IMG/VR virus record: IMGVR_UViG_3300031669_000031
Location: 1-58,575 of that record
Length of the DNA: 58,575 nt
Origin: a virus
Taxonomy: Duplodnaviria; Caudoviricetes
Strand: one strand, 5' to 3'
Part shown: positions 34,201 through 41,020 of the stretch, one piece after another
Layout: the number at the start of each line of letters is the position of its first letter
Position numbering within the stretch: the first letter of the stretch is position 1
Notes under the pieces: generated by a model
Databases searched by the model: none
What the model was told of the DNA's origin: nothing
The model's input: only the letters and a program-made list of their open reading frames with translations
Made by a program: the position numbers and the translations under genes

Positions 34201-37183
34201 TAGGTATAAAAGGTCTCAGAAACCAAAATTTGTTGGGGATCATCTTACTACTGCAGGTGAACGATATACTGACAAGTCTATAACAAAACGTAACTGGTCT
34301 GAAACAATGCAGGGGATAAGGGAATACTTCCAGGATATGGTTCTTCCTGTCAGGCGTTTTGAGGAAGAAATAATTAGAAGGGGAGGATTGCAGCCTAACG
34401 ATGCCAAGCCATATAGGGATATAAGCTTGTCGTTTGGCAGACAGGAAACGCTCTATAAGGATTTTCTTAATACTAAAATGAATCCTGTAAAACAGACAAT
34501 AACAAAGATTACAAAAACAGGCATGCCAGTTGAAAATGTTTTACCATACATTATCAGTAAGCATGCAATAGAGAGAAATATGGTATTTCGTGCCAGAGAA
34601 CTTGAGGAATTTGAGAATAGGCCAACACCCAATGATCCTACTCAGGACGAGATAGATGAATTTATGGATTCTATTGCTGATAAGGATTATTCCGGAGTAA
34701 TGGCATTTGATGTTAATAATGAATTTACAAATCCTGATGTGCTTGCTCAGACTATAGTGGATGAATTTGAAGCAGCAGTTCCTAAATCGCTCACAGATGA
34801 ATTATGGAACAATACTCGAAATGCCTCATCCGAGATACTCAGTATATGGGAGGCAGGGCAACAGATATCGCCAGAGCAAAAACAGGAATATCTTGATAGG
34901 TTCAAATATTTTGTTCCTCTCAGAGGATGGAGGGATGGAGCTGGAGCAGATTTAGTATATACAAAGGGAGAAGGATTCAGTAAATCCCTTATGCATGCAG
35001 AAGGCAGAAAGTCACTCGCAGAGAACCCCCTGGCTTATATGCTAAGTACAACCTTTCAAGCTATTGGAGAGCAGGTTGATAATGAGGTTAAAACATCAAT
35101 GCTGAATCTTCTTATGCGTAACCTGACAGGAGCTTCTTTATACGATCTGGCAACTGTTAAAAAATTGTATTACGTGAGGATTGATCTGCCTGATGGAACG
35201 TATGAATACGAGCCAACAATAGAACGTCCTGCCCCTGATTTATGGGATGAGCCTGGCAGAGTAACTACAAGAATATACCGGGAACACCAGAAATTAAGAT
35301 CTCCAAAACAAACAAGAGAACATGAGGTAACGGTACGCAGGCGAGCCGGGGATGTAGTGATGGTATTTAAAGGAAAAATGTTGCCGGTTGCGCAGAGCAT
35401 GAATAAGAGAAATTTCATGTATCATAATATTTTTGGTCAGGTAAAGGATGCCAGGATAATGAATAAAGCATTCACAGGACTTTCTCATGTGAATAACTTC
35501 CTAAAAGCAACTTATACTTCATTCAATATAGTTTTCCCATTAACTAACTTCATGCGTGACCTGCAGGAAGCCTCTATTACTCAGCTCATCAAAGGAGAGG
35601 CAGGTCATAAAGTTATTGTTAATTATCATAGGTCATTCCCTTCCATAATACGGTTCCTCAGAGGGAAGCTTGATATGAATAATCCTGATGATGTTAAACT
35701 CCGGGATTTCTATATGACAGGAGGAGCAACAGGATTTACACATCTCAAATCTGCAGAGGATCTTGAAAAAGAACTTATGTCTGAGATAAATCGTATGATT
35801 GGCAGAGGTACGGTAAGAGGAGAAATAAAACATTATGCGAAGCAGGTAGTCGAGATCATATCAATGTGGAATCAGGTATTTGAGGATGCAACAAGATTCT
35901 CTGTTTATCTTACTTCTATTGACCTTGGCAAATCAAAAGAAGATGCAGCCTCTGATGCAAAAGAAGCCTCTATAAACTTTAACCGGAAAGGAAAATCGAG
36001 CAAGTTTTATGATTCTATTTATGCATTCTGGAATGTAGCCCTGCAGAGTCTTCAGAAAAACTTCAAATTGTTTAAAGATTATTCAAAAGCATTCGGGGCA
36101 GTTGCCGCATCATTCATGGCTTTTGGATTTTTGGAAGCATTAATGAATCATGCAACAGATGACGAGGACCCTGAGAATGACTATTACAATATTAATCCCT
36201 GGATGAGAGAGAATTATCTTATCCTGCCAAACCTACCAAAGATTATATCAGGGGAATCGAAAGGCGATAAATATCTCAGCATTCCACTTCCTCAGTTTTG
36301 GAGAGGATTCAAGAGTATTGGTTCGTTAGCTTATGATCTTACCCAGGATAAGGTAACTGTAGGGAAAGCAATTAGCCAGTCCCTGCTGAATTTCGGAGCT
36401 TCTTTATCACCTGTTGACCCCGGGGGATTCGTCAGGGATGGAGAATTTAGCTTAGCGCCAATGGTACCTACAGTATTTAAACCATTCTATGAGATTGCAA
36501 CAAATCATAATTACATGGGTTATACTATAGCAAGGGAGCCATTTGATAAAGCACAGAAGAAATTATTAGCTAATGCTCGCTTAGGAAAAGATAACGTCAA
36601 TCCTGCAGCTAAGTTTTTTACGGATATGTTATTCCGTTGGGGAGGAGGCGATAATGCCTCAAAATATTATATTTCTAAGTCAGGAGAGGAAAAGAAAGTA
36701 CCGGGGTTCCTTGATATTAACCCTTCATTTATTGAGCATCTGTTTAAAGGTTATACGGGGGGGACTGGTATGGTATTTTCAGATCTGATTACTACTATAT
36801 CACAAGTTTTGAAGTCAGATGAAGAGATTAACTTCAAGAATGTTCCCTTTGTTAACCGGTTTATAAGACAAACACCGGAGGAAAAATGGAACATAATCTC
36901 TGAATATTATAACCTGAAAGATGTTGTTGCAATCCATAAAGGGCTCAAAAGGCAATATACCAAGCAGGCTGAGGCCGGTGGCGATACTTCACAGATTGAG
37001 AAAACCGAAGGATCGGGTTATTATGAATCTTATCAAAGCATCCTCGACAATTATGATAATGATATATCAGAAATGTCAAAAGAAATTGATTTTTCGGATA
37101 TTGAGGGGAGTGTGCAAATTTACGAACTAATGAAACAATGCATTAACGATATTGATTCACTTAAAAAAGAATTTAATAAGTAA
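25223..37183 (+). CDS. Giant (3986 aa) polyvalent ejection-type protein: InPase-like, LPD5/LPD1-like, zincin-like, ART-like, LPD38-like domains
   Basis: PTEAQIEAGNYPKGH...DYGHI..T...DGEPVDVFIG (~28260-28680); ITDFGEKIGGARKD (~31146); AHEWFH (~31907); EMLARAFE (~32610); AHEIIAHHGL (~33164); ASLFLSRAGIDG...YVIYD (~34060-34170); IPLP...PTVFKPFYEIATN.NYMG (~36280-36520). Confidence 0.8.
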   Translation: MTVDDVVKDKPATKQKVYIPSYKEMKEKAEALSMKGEPDVIGPYAKQTEEARLKEEQWQQKNAFQKFGAGAKAGGLGMASGVESFIGEMLPLLSSASGMAGWQPDAYIASKVLQNKARETLANRKEIYGHGTMFEFGTMAPLLAGIVASGGAGVAGAGLAASLIGEGTLVAMTMDVYGNSILEQELYQEETGKEISELQKQAVALASAAAMLVAGKVVGSGVKGVNKILGESISATLKESPDIATNILRRYIADTPAAVQKIGRLAWETSKEAGKSGLIFGAMTTAQDILANLNKYPEDRLLFEEVVTNTLQSIKMGGMLGAFLGPFAAGQSEVYHYMRRKKSGFNIIQTKDGQTYEKVSDHPLDPTKVTVLDRKMNIKDINREDIVDQVSMTAPEKEQLLDAWKTNQDALPEIEKAILTNNTRRVLTDLTNRVAEIHPKTGQPVSVNMMTDKDGNGYFRKVTKEMGDGTYAMMSKIERSPDGSMTVNDIMVKILDREGNPANGWRTDKTLTPEEFIQMGVDAYRGKKGWIPGVPGQEPIVDAKTGEPVDPVIRQANQDAANKVAKVGDEIKYMGRDWEVQEVGFDGSIKITGLKDGEYTGEEMSIPPEKISEVNKDIKEPEVEMVKVDGVEQAAHQGPPSYEKDGNSVSKGYIRGAIRTAKSPKDLYGLKWENDEELNQMYKAKFPEMVQTYMIGKDEVERDEVLGAINHASDPAGLTDIKINLDTELQGMLDAKLASLGVVPEVAPVEGETVTEKGSEKPQKAPEKKPAPEKEITQAPSKPAPEEKKPAIDQEGLKSRHQTFANWFELQYPQYKNDYKLNTFVDGDVYIHVPGTAIHIKESEMPDEDLMNKRLKNKNITEKERLEIQNELNLLNQAKEVGQPETEVVSGSGKTDIGEFTVESLNKRAIQYGLISRDRGTDVIDIILNGMETGLAPDIAKIPKKEWDQLRLDAFDIRNNLSRRIEGKETAPAEAPASTKPEKAPEVVEGGRKTADKISTELTEAGNEVEPRPTEAQIEAGNYPKGHISILGMNISIETAAGGIRSGTDPSGKKWSIMMNHDYGHILGTVSTDGEPVDVFIGKIEPGQKVYIISQLKPETGEFDELKIMLGFNSEFDARAGYLSNYEPGWKGLGEITTMRLLDFKEIVFTKNRTQRPIATAGWKEIDGKYINKEWLSNEKTYGKAEPIVSTEGITSPGIDITKKEFAVLDITKGLKSAYRRQYLDKLGIDEAEYAAIKESLYKKKLLLANGGIEGIGRAVVAGLYKRAGGNAISGDAYRDPNSKVWKLWDTQLKTDEQGQTEKPIQPDITPEGEFAGDIVPGGTETGIGGTEAQGEPEPAKPQFAGEKVKYTPFDEWDKSLIKARDYARHIFSTEELDALQASGDLVWNNTESIVSVINKKLSEVEPEVTVEKPKPAFAGEVVTVKKETKSVVTKKLDKQSAIKEDKIFKEQKNQLLDDLIAAEDLLLGSNKEKVRTKEQELRKEPEIDESTVDGYIVSEYEYKLDSLPKKIEAKLNKLGIKVNDGKLIIDIYKDGTVEVGDIRTALRIVDKGFPTRLKEKKYTTGPGKIGKSQYWDKAVSYGSLKESERRVALAEENLSNAVKNGNKGLQKVMEEQLAEVRAIHEVAKNVDYERLAKQDKINADVEFNALWEKNAQQYDFDNVRKEELFDILEKEGRPTELTYESVQPLVLRTHLVKEEKTVKEKIIESNTKLHELNLELSEKFSRKDGKGLKLPKTQSETFTLRSLQNQIRHLEHEIADLKRYEPEINKLSEEPAVPKEEKPVTEALKVETPVKELPTTKDKIKFTRGGREWTADVEHVFPDGKVQVDVFGRKIVNPGEYIIVGKEMPVDGIIFKNKVYKSMDQVLEAIDKGEIGFDESKQLREDISKVEDIPKVQGPVPEFAGNAVEPNPIAEIQELPPAEKEDEPTIEREVEQLEDPEDAPEDKPMTEKDAKDEKVDFDEADQIIEKVGPITDFGEKIGGARKDEAESGFTRGSKEKKEKVPAWMSGFTILTELDKFRPIKAHGQFIIWKSKDVFDSEAEAIDRIKLVVVGSKFKIGKVGEKGDDTYHVYRRVTDRKRYSLKGGFADEKEAMKWLIENQEYLLNYKPSFPVRPHIENLERTGTVYRPNNENITTDQFRETFGFTGGEFGNWVPQDERQRILNMAYDGLMDLARVLNVPPRALSLNGQLSIAFGKRGQGLQGASAHYEPARAVFNLTRMKGAGAVAHEWFHTLDHYFGRLAEGLPGEKTPGEQYEKRGIFLSDTVNYRMKGVRDELKNSFNTLLEGIFKQPKIIEVSIEHYAKTVKRYEDNLNYYLTGARQSIERGKWYGNKTKPGATPEQLKQWDDLAAKIQAGDYGEPVQYETKEKGWKGSVVTRDSFTNIIALDEIAKKVLGRSFLTKNSNLATVSQTARFTIGAKEQLARYEIDNKEERDTPTRFYYDAKDLDKLRVSDYWTTNPEMLARAFEAFVEDQISKRGNVSQYLVHSTDNENYKDPLFGDQRPYPEAAEREKFNELFQKFFDVMMSEEKGGKTILYKRDVPPIWDNPNYPKYNFENKGWAGDELDVMFEHEMMRRARIMTDHTGVPIIVVRTKNDLPERIKADMIRRFGKVEDAGVPALYDKVTNTVYAVLEDTRTITNFVSNMAHEIIAHHGLPALLGNEAYINVLQLTYRGMSPVDIINISENWNVPESDWKTIAEEYIGEMAGNGQMNPNLWQRILSKIREWIRKLFNISMSKAEIMNLLRKSRENLQKNKPEYQNAGEYLDALTAYTAKPEQAKGKFGYGIHVGEAKVITESVSKGNLDYRTYFTVAESVIGEKPSGWIEKALISSNFNYEEALDYLDTKMVQYFKSGKQYDMVRAARNYLESSPPKNPEGLYKVLVGKGKSPEELNFLSWEDSVELNQQESIMNQLDIEGKYDYSIQNAFKSGKDLYNKAVKIFGSDREASLFLSRAGIDGMAHSESNLGPFGTTHGDKQYVIYDNTPVEIINEIRYKRSQKPKFVGDHLTTAGERYTDKSITKRNWSETMQGIREYFQDMVLPVRRFEEEIIRRGGLQPNDAKPYRDISLSFGRQETLYKDFLNTKMNPVKQTITKITKTGMPVENVLPYIISKHAIERNMVFRARELEEFENRPTPNDPTQDEIDEFMDSIADKDYSGVMAFDVNNEFTNPDVLAQTIVDEFEAAVPKSLTDELWNNTRNASSEILSIWEAGQQISPEQKQEYLDRFKYFVPLRGWRDGAGADLVYTKGEGFSKSLMHAEGRKSLAENPLAYMLSTTFQAIGEQVDNEVKTSMLNLLMRNLTGASLYDLATVKKLYYVRIDLPDGTYEYEPTIERPAPDLWDEPGRVTTRIYREHQKLRSPKQTREHEVTVRRRAGDVVMVFKGKMLPVAQSMNKRNFMYHNIFGQVKDARIMNKAFTGLSHVNNFLKATYTSFNIVFPLTNFMRDLQEASITQLIKGEAGHKVIVNYHRSFPSIIRFLRGKLDMNNPDDVKLRDFYMTGGATGFTHLKSAEDLEKELMSEINRMIGRGTVRGEIKHYAKQVVEIISMWNQVFEDATRFSVYLTSIDLGKSKEDAASDAKEASINFNRKGKSSKFYDSIYAFWNVALQSLQKNFKLFKDYSKAFGAVAASFMAFGFLEALMNHATDDEDPENDYYNINPWMRENYLILPNLPKIISGESKGDKYLSIPLPQFWRGFKSIGSLAYDLTQDKVTVGKAISQSLLNFGASLSPVDPGGFVRDGEFSLAPMVPTVFKPFYEIATNHNYMGYTIAREPFDKAQKKLLANARLGKDNVNPAAKFFTDMLFRWGGGDNASKYYISKSGEEKKVPGFLDINPSFIEHLFKGYTGGTGMVFSDLITTISQVLKSDEEINFKNVPFVNRFIRQTPEEKWNIISEYYNLKDVVAIHKGLKRQYTKQAEAGGDTSQIEKTEGSGYYESYQSILDNYDNDISEMSKEIDFSDIEGSVQIYELMKQCINDIDSLKKEFNK

Positions 37184-37191
37184 CTTTAGGT

Positions 37192-37896
37192 ATGAAAATA
37201 ACAGGCATATATAAGATTCAGTCAAGTTCTAAACCTGAAAGGGTTTATATTGGAAGTGCTGTAAGCATACAACGCAGAAGGTATGAACATTTGTACAAGT
37301 TAAGAAAAGGGAAACATGATTCCCCAAAATTTCAAAACCACTACAATAAATACGGTGAATCAGACTTGGTATTTAGTACTATTGAAGAATGTCTTCCCTC
37401 CCTGTTAATTATCAGAGAACAATATTTTATTGACACACTAAAACCTTGGTTTAATGCTCGTTTGATAGCTGAAAGTAATTTAGGGATAAAATGGTCCGAA
37501 GAATCCCGAATAAAGATGATCGGTAATAAAAATGGTGCAGTAAAACGATCACTAGGAACTTGTGAAAACATTAGAAAATCGAAACTTGGAAATAAAAACG
37601 CAGAGGGAGCGATCCGATCAAAAGAAACCAGACAACTAATGGGTAATGCTAAGGTTGGGAATGAATATGGAGTAGGGAATAAAAGCAGAACAGGGCAAAC
37701 TAATTCTAAGGAATCAAACGAAAGCAGGAGTAAATCAATGCAAGGGAAACGTAATGCATTAGGAAGCGTACCTTGGAATAAGGGCAAAACTGGAATGTAT
37801 TCGGAAGAAACTCTTAATAAAATGAGGGGAAATAATAATGGGATGAAAAAAAAGTCTCTAATGAACAGAGAGTTAAAACTTAAAAAATCGGCATAA
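37192..37896 (+). CDS. GIY-YIG homing endonuclease with NUMOD3-like repeats
   Basis: TGIYKIQS...VYIGSA...RR, REQYFID; repeated GNKN motifs and PWNKG; stop overlaps the portal start. Confidence 0.9.
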   Translation: MKITGIYKIQSSSKPERVYIGSAVSIQRRRYEHLYKLRKGKHDSPKFQNHYNKYGESDLVFSTIEECLPSLLIIREQYFIDTLKPWFNARLIAESNLGIKWSEESRIKMIGNKNGAVKRSLGTCENIRKSKLGNKNAEGAIRSKETRQLMGNAKVGNEYGVGNKSRTGQTNSKESNESRSKSMQGKRNALGSVPWNKGKTGMYSEETLNKMRGNNNGMKKKSLMNRELKLKKSA

Positions 37897-39902
37897 TGAT
37901 ACGGACAACAACAGAGGAGCTGGTACGAAAACGTACAGTCTCTAAAATAGGAAACACTCAGCAACAAGTATTACTCCCTGCAGACCCTGACGATATGAAG
38001 GTGATGACGGAGAATATGCGTTTGCTTGAGATCTGTCGAAATGATTGGGAGTCCCTTCGTGATTTTCGCACAAGAAGAAAGAGAAACCGCAAGTACTATC
38101 GTGGTGATCAATGGTCCGACCTGGTAACAGATCCTGACAGTAAAACGCTGGTCACCGAAGAAACATATCTGAAAAAGCAAGGAAAAGTCCCGTTGCGCCA
38201 AAATCAGATTCGTCAGCTCGTAAAGAATCTTATAGGGCAATATCGTTCCAATCCTTCAAAAGCTGTAATCATAGCAAGAGACAGGGATGATGCAAAGATC
38301 AGTGAAATGCTTACCAATGCTCTGCAGGCCGCAGAACAGACTAACCGTATTGAGACACTTGATGCAAGGTTATTTGAGGAATTTTCTCTCTCTGGAGCTC
38401 CAATACAGAAATTAAGCTACCGGTACATGAGGGAAAGAAACAAACCGGATCTATATATTGAGAACGTAAATACAAACAGGATATTCTTTAATTCGGATGT
38501 TTCAGATGTACGGCTTAACGATCTTCGAAGGATTGGAGAGATCATAGACACTACACTGGATGATGTTGTGGCTACTTTCGCCAAGTCACCTGCAGAGGAA
38601 GAGCGTATTCGTAAATTATACAGGACAGTAATTACCCCTGACTTTCTGGTACAGAGTGGTCTTGATGCAACTAAGATCGATAGCCTGGACTTTTTTATTC
38701 CCAGGGACCCAAGTAAATGCCGGATCATTGAAGTTTGGGAATTAAAGGGCGAGTGGCGCACCTATGCTCATGATCTGATGGATGGCTCCTATGCTATAGT
38801 GAAAGAGACAATGAAGGAAATAGCAGCAATGAATCGCCAGAGGCTTGACTTCGGGAGATCCGTAGGTTTGCCGGATGAGGAAATAGCACTGATCGAAGCT
38901 TCCAGTAAATTTGAACAGTCATGGTATGTTAAATTCCTGACTCCATACGGACATGAGCTCTTTAAGTCAGAGACTCCGTATGATCATGAGTCGCACCCAT
39001 ACTCAATAACACTATACCCGCTACTTGATGGTGAAGTTTGGGGATTCGTTGAAGATATTATTGATCAGCAGAGATATATCAACCGGCTTATAATCTTAAT
39101 GGATTTCATTATCAGTGCCTCAGCGAAAGGAGTCCTGTTGGTTCCTGAAGATGTTATCCCTACAGGCATGAGTCCAAAAGATTTTGCTGATGAGTGGACC
39201 CGGTTCAATGGAGTGATTATATACAAACCTAACGCAGGACATTTGCAGATACCTCAGCAGATAGCAAGTAATTCTACAAACATTGGTATTCATGAAATGC
39301 TTGCCCTGCAGATGCAGCTTATTACCCAAATATCAGGTGTTCATGAAGCTATGCAGGGACAACAGGCTAAATCCGGGACTCCGGCATCATTGTACGCACA
39401 GGAAGCGCAGAATGCCTCTCTCAATACGCTGGATTACATGCAGACCTTTAACCACTTCATACAGGACAGGGACACTAAGGCTTTAAAAATAATATGCCAG
39501 TACTATAAAGAGCCCCGGTTCCTTGCTGTATCAGGGAAGAACTACAGTCAGGAAGCTAAGATGTGGGACCCTAAGAAGATTGCGGATATTGAGTTTGACC
39601 TGGTAGTGACAGCCGGTAATGACACTCCGGTTTACAGAAGCCTGATTGACCAGACACTACTTGAAATGTTACAAGGTCAACTTATTGATCTTGAAATGTA
39701 TCTTGAAAATACTACACTTCCTTTCGCAGATAACCTTCTTGAAAGCATCAGATCTAAACAACAAACTGCATCAGAAGGTCAGGTCCCGGGAGTAGAGGGT
39801 GATGATCCGCTGGCAATACAGGCAGCAAAAGCTAATCCTGCAGCGATGGCAAGGCTTGGTCCTGCAATGTCAGGCAAGGGAGGAAAGTATGACAACTTAT
39901 AG
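37896..39902 (+). CDS. Portal protein (P22-like)
   Basis: YYRGDQW, NQIRQLVKNLIG, GFVEDIIDQQRYINR, QISGVHEAMQG motifs; 668 aa. Confidence 0.85.
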   Translation: MIRTTTEELVRKRTVSKIGNTQQQVLLPADPDDMKVMTENMRLLEICRNDWESLRDFRTRRKRNRKYYRGDQWSDLVTDPDSKTLVTEETYLKKQGKVPLRQNQIRQLVKNLIGQYRSNPSKAVIIARDRDDAKISEMLTNALQAAEQTNRIETLDARLFEEFSLSGAPIQKLSYRYMRERNKPDLYIENVNTNRIFFNSDVSDVRLNDLRRIGEIIDTTLDDVVATFAKSPAEEERIRKLYRTVITPDFLVQSGLDATKIDSLDFFIPRDPSKCRIIEVWELKGEWRTYAHDLMDGSYAIVKETMKEIAAMNRQRLDFGRSVGLPDEEIALIEASSKFEQSWYVKFLTPYGHELFKSETPYDHESHPYSITLYPLLDGEVWGFVEDIIDQQRYINRLIILMDFIISASAKGVLLVPEDVIPTGMSPKDFADEWTRFNGVIIYKPNAGHLQIPQQIASNSTNIGIHEMLALQMQLITQISGVHEAMQGQQAKSGTPASLYAQEAQNASLNTLDYMQTFNHFIQDRDTKALKIICQYYKEPRFLAVSGKNYSQEAKMWDPKKIADIEFDLVVTAGNDTPVYRSLIDQTLLEMLQGQLIDLEMYLENTTLPFADNLLESIRSKQQTASEGQVPGVEGDDPLAIQAAKANPAAMARLGPAMSGKGGKYDNL

Positions 39903-39907
39903 AAAAA

Positions 39908-40687
39908 ATGCCACAAGATCCAGATAACGCTAATTTTGTATTGTATAATAACCTTATAGAGCAGGGATTATACACTAAATCCTATGATGAATTTCAGCAG
40001 CAGTTTTCAGGCAAAGAAAGAATTATGAAATTATTCTCTGCCATGAAAGCAGATGGTCATTACACGAAGTCAGCTAATGAATTTGAGAAGCGATTTTTTA
40101 GTCCATTGCCCGGAACAAAGAAAAATCCTATTGATCCTGCCGAGCCAAAGAAGGTAAAGATACAGGATGAAAGACAGGAAGAAAAGGCAACAGGAGTTCC
40201 TCTTTCTGATAAGTTCCGGTTCCATGCAGAAGTTGATACGCAGCACATACAACAAGTAGTTGCAACAGCAAGGAAGCATGGTGTAAATCCATATACTGCA
40301 CTGGCATTGAATCTCGCAGAAACAAGGTTTGACCCTGAATGGAAAAGTAATCCTTTCCATATGAGTAATTACGACCAGTATGGGGATATCATTGATGAGT
40401 CAATACAATTCTTTGCAGAGAAACAGAAGTATGCGCAAAAGATCGGCAAGAAAGATGAGGCAGACATTATCCAGGCATGGAATGGCTATGGCACTATTAA
40501 GGATAGAGGATATTTGTATGGGATAGATACCGATACAACCCCTATTAACATGAATGAAGATCCCATCTATGGTAAAAGAATAATTGATTTAAGAGAAAAT
40601 GTAATCAAAAAGAATCCTGAGGTTACAAGTATAGTAGATCAGGTTATGGCCTCTAACCCTGAATTAGACCGGCAGTTCTATAAGTAA
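39908..40687 (+). CDS. Virion-associated lysozyme-like (SLT-type) protein with N-terminal tandem repeat
   Basis: Two LY..L...G.YTKS.DEF..F repeats; ARKHGVNPYTALALNLAETRF (catalytic Glu candidate)...IQAWNG. Confidence 0.6.
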   Translation: MPQDPDNANFVLYNNLIEQGLYTKSYDEFQQQFSGKERIMKLFSAMKADGHYTKSANEFEKRFFSPLPGTKKNPIDPAEPKKVKIQDERQEEKATGVPLSDKFRFHAEVDTQHIQQVVATARKHGVNPYTALALNLAETRFDPEWKSNPFHMSNYDQYGDIIDESIQFFAEKQKYAQKIGKKDEADIIQAWNGYGTIKDRGYLYGIDTDTTPINMNEDPIYGKRIIDLRENVIKKNPEVTSIVDQVMASNPELDRQFYK

Positions 40688-40705
40688 AAGAAATCTGAAA
40701 ATAAA

Positions 40706-40737
40706 TTTGTTTTTGTCATAATAGTATTTTACCTTTG
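40706..40737 (+). promoter_or_regulatory. Bacteroidota sigma-A type promoter
   Basis: TTTG (40706-40709), 20 nt spacer, TACCTTTG (40730-40737). Confidence 0.8.
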
Positions 40738-40740
40738 GTA

Positions 40741-40811
40741 TGCACTTTTTTCATGGTACATAGGTTTAGTTATTAGTTAATGGAAGGCAGCTCAGAAATG
40801 GGCTGCTTTTT
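40741..40811 (+). ncRNA. Candidate ~70-nt antisense-type small RNA
   Basis: Consensus promoter, ~43-nt U-rich unstructured body, then a terminator; no ORF. Confidence 0.55.
40784..40811 (+). terminator. Intrinsic terminator
   Basis: AAGGCAGCTCA-GAAA-TGGGCTGCTTTTT. Confidence 0.8.
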
Positions 40812-40833
40812 AAAAGTTCTTTAAAAATCTTAT

Positions 40834-40906
40834 TGCATCGTAGAGCAGAGGCCAGCTCGTTAGGCTCATAACCTAAAGGTCACAGGTTCGAATCCTGTCG
40901 ATGCTA
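40834..40906 (+). tRNA. tRNA-Met(CAT), initiator-type; CCA not encoded
   Basis: Full cloverleaf: TGCATCG/CGATGCT acceptor with 1:72 mismatch, GAGC/GCTC D-stem (A11-U24), TTAGG-CTCATAA-CCTAA, ACAGG-TTCGAAT-CCTGT; boxA-like GTTCTTTAAAA just upstream. Confidence 0.93.
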
Positions 40907-40923
40907 CAAACAACCCGAGAGAA

Positions 40924-41005
40924 AGGACTCTGAAAGTATCAAGTAATTATCCCAATTACAAGATATTTTCCGGTGGGATGAATGCAAAAACGGAATAGGA
41001 GTCCT
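40924..41005 (+). ncRNA. Candidate three-way-junction RNA with loop-loop pairing
   Basis: P1 AGGACTC/GAGTCCT; P2 TATC..GTAATT/AATTAC..GATA with loop ATCCC; P3 TTCCG/CGGAA with GGGAT in its loop. Confidence 0.45.
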
Positions 41006-41020
41006 GAAGAAATCAATACT

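Noticed and set aside
25609-37967. Numerous antisense and alternate-frame ORFs in the track (e.g. 25609-26178, 29084-29542, 37341-37967)
   Set aside because: They shadow well-supported long genes and have no recognisable motifs
40915-41012. Possible hammerhead ribozyme (CTGAAGA and GAAA words flank a stem)
   Set aside because: Core elements are in the wrong order, and the would-be cleavage triplet ends in G
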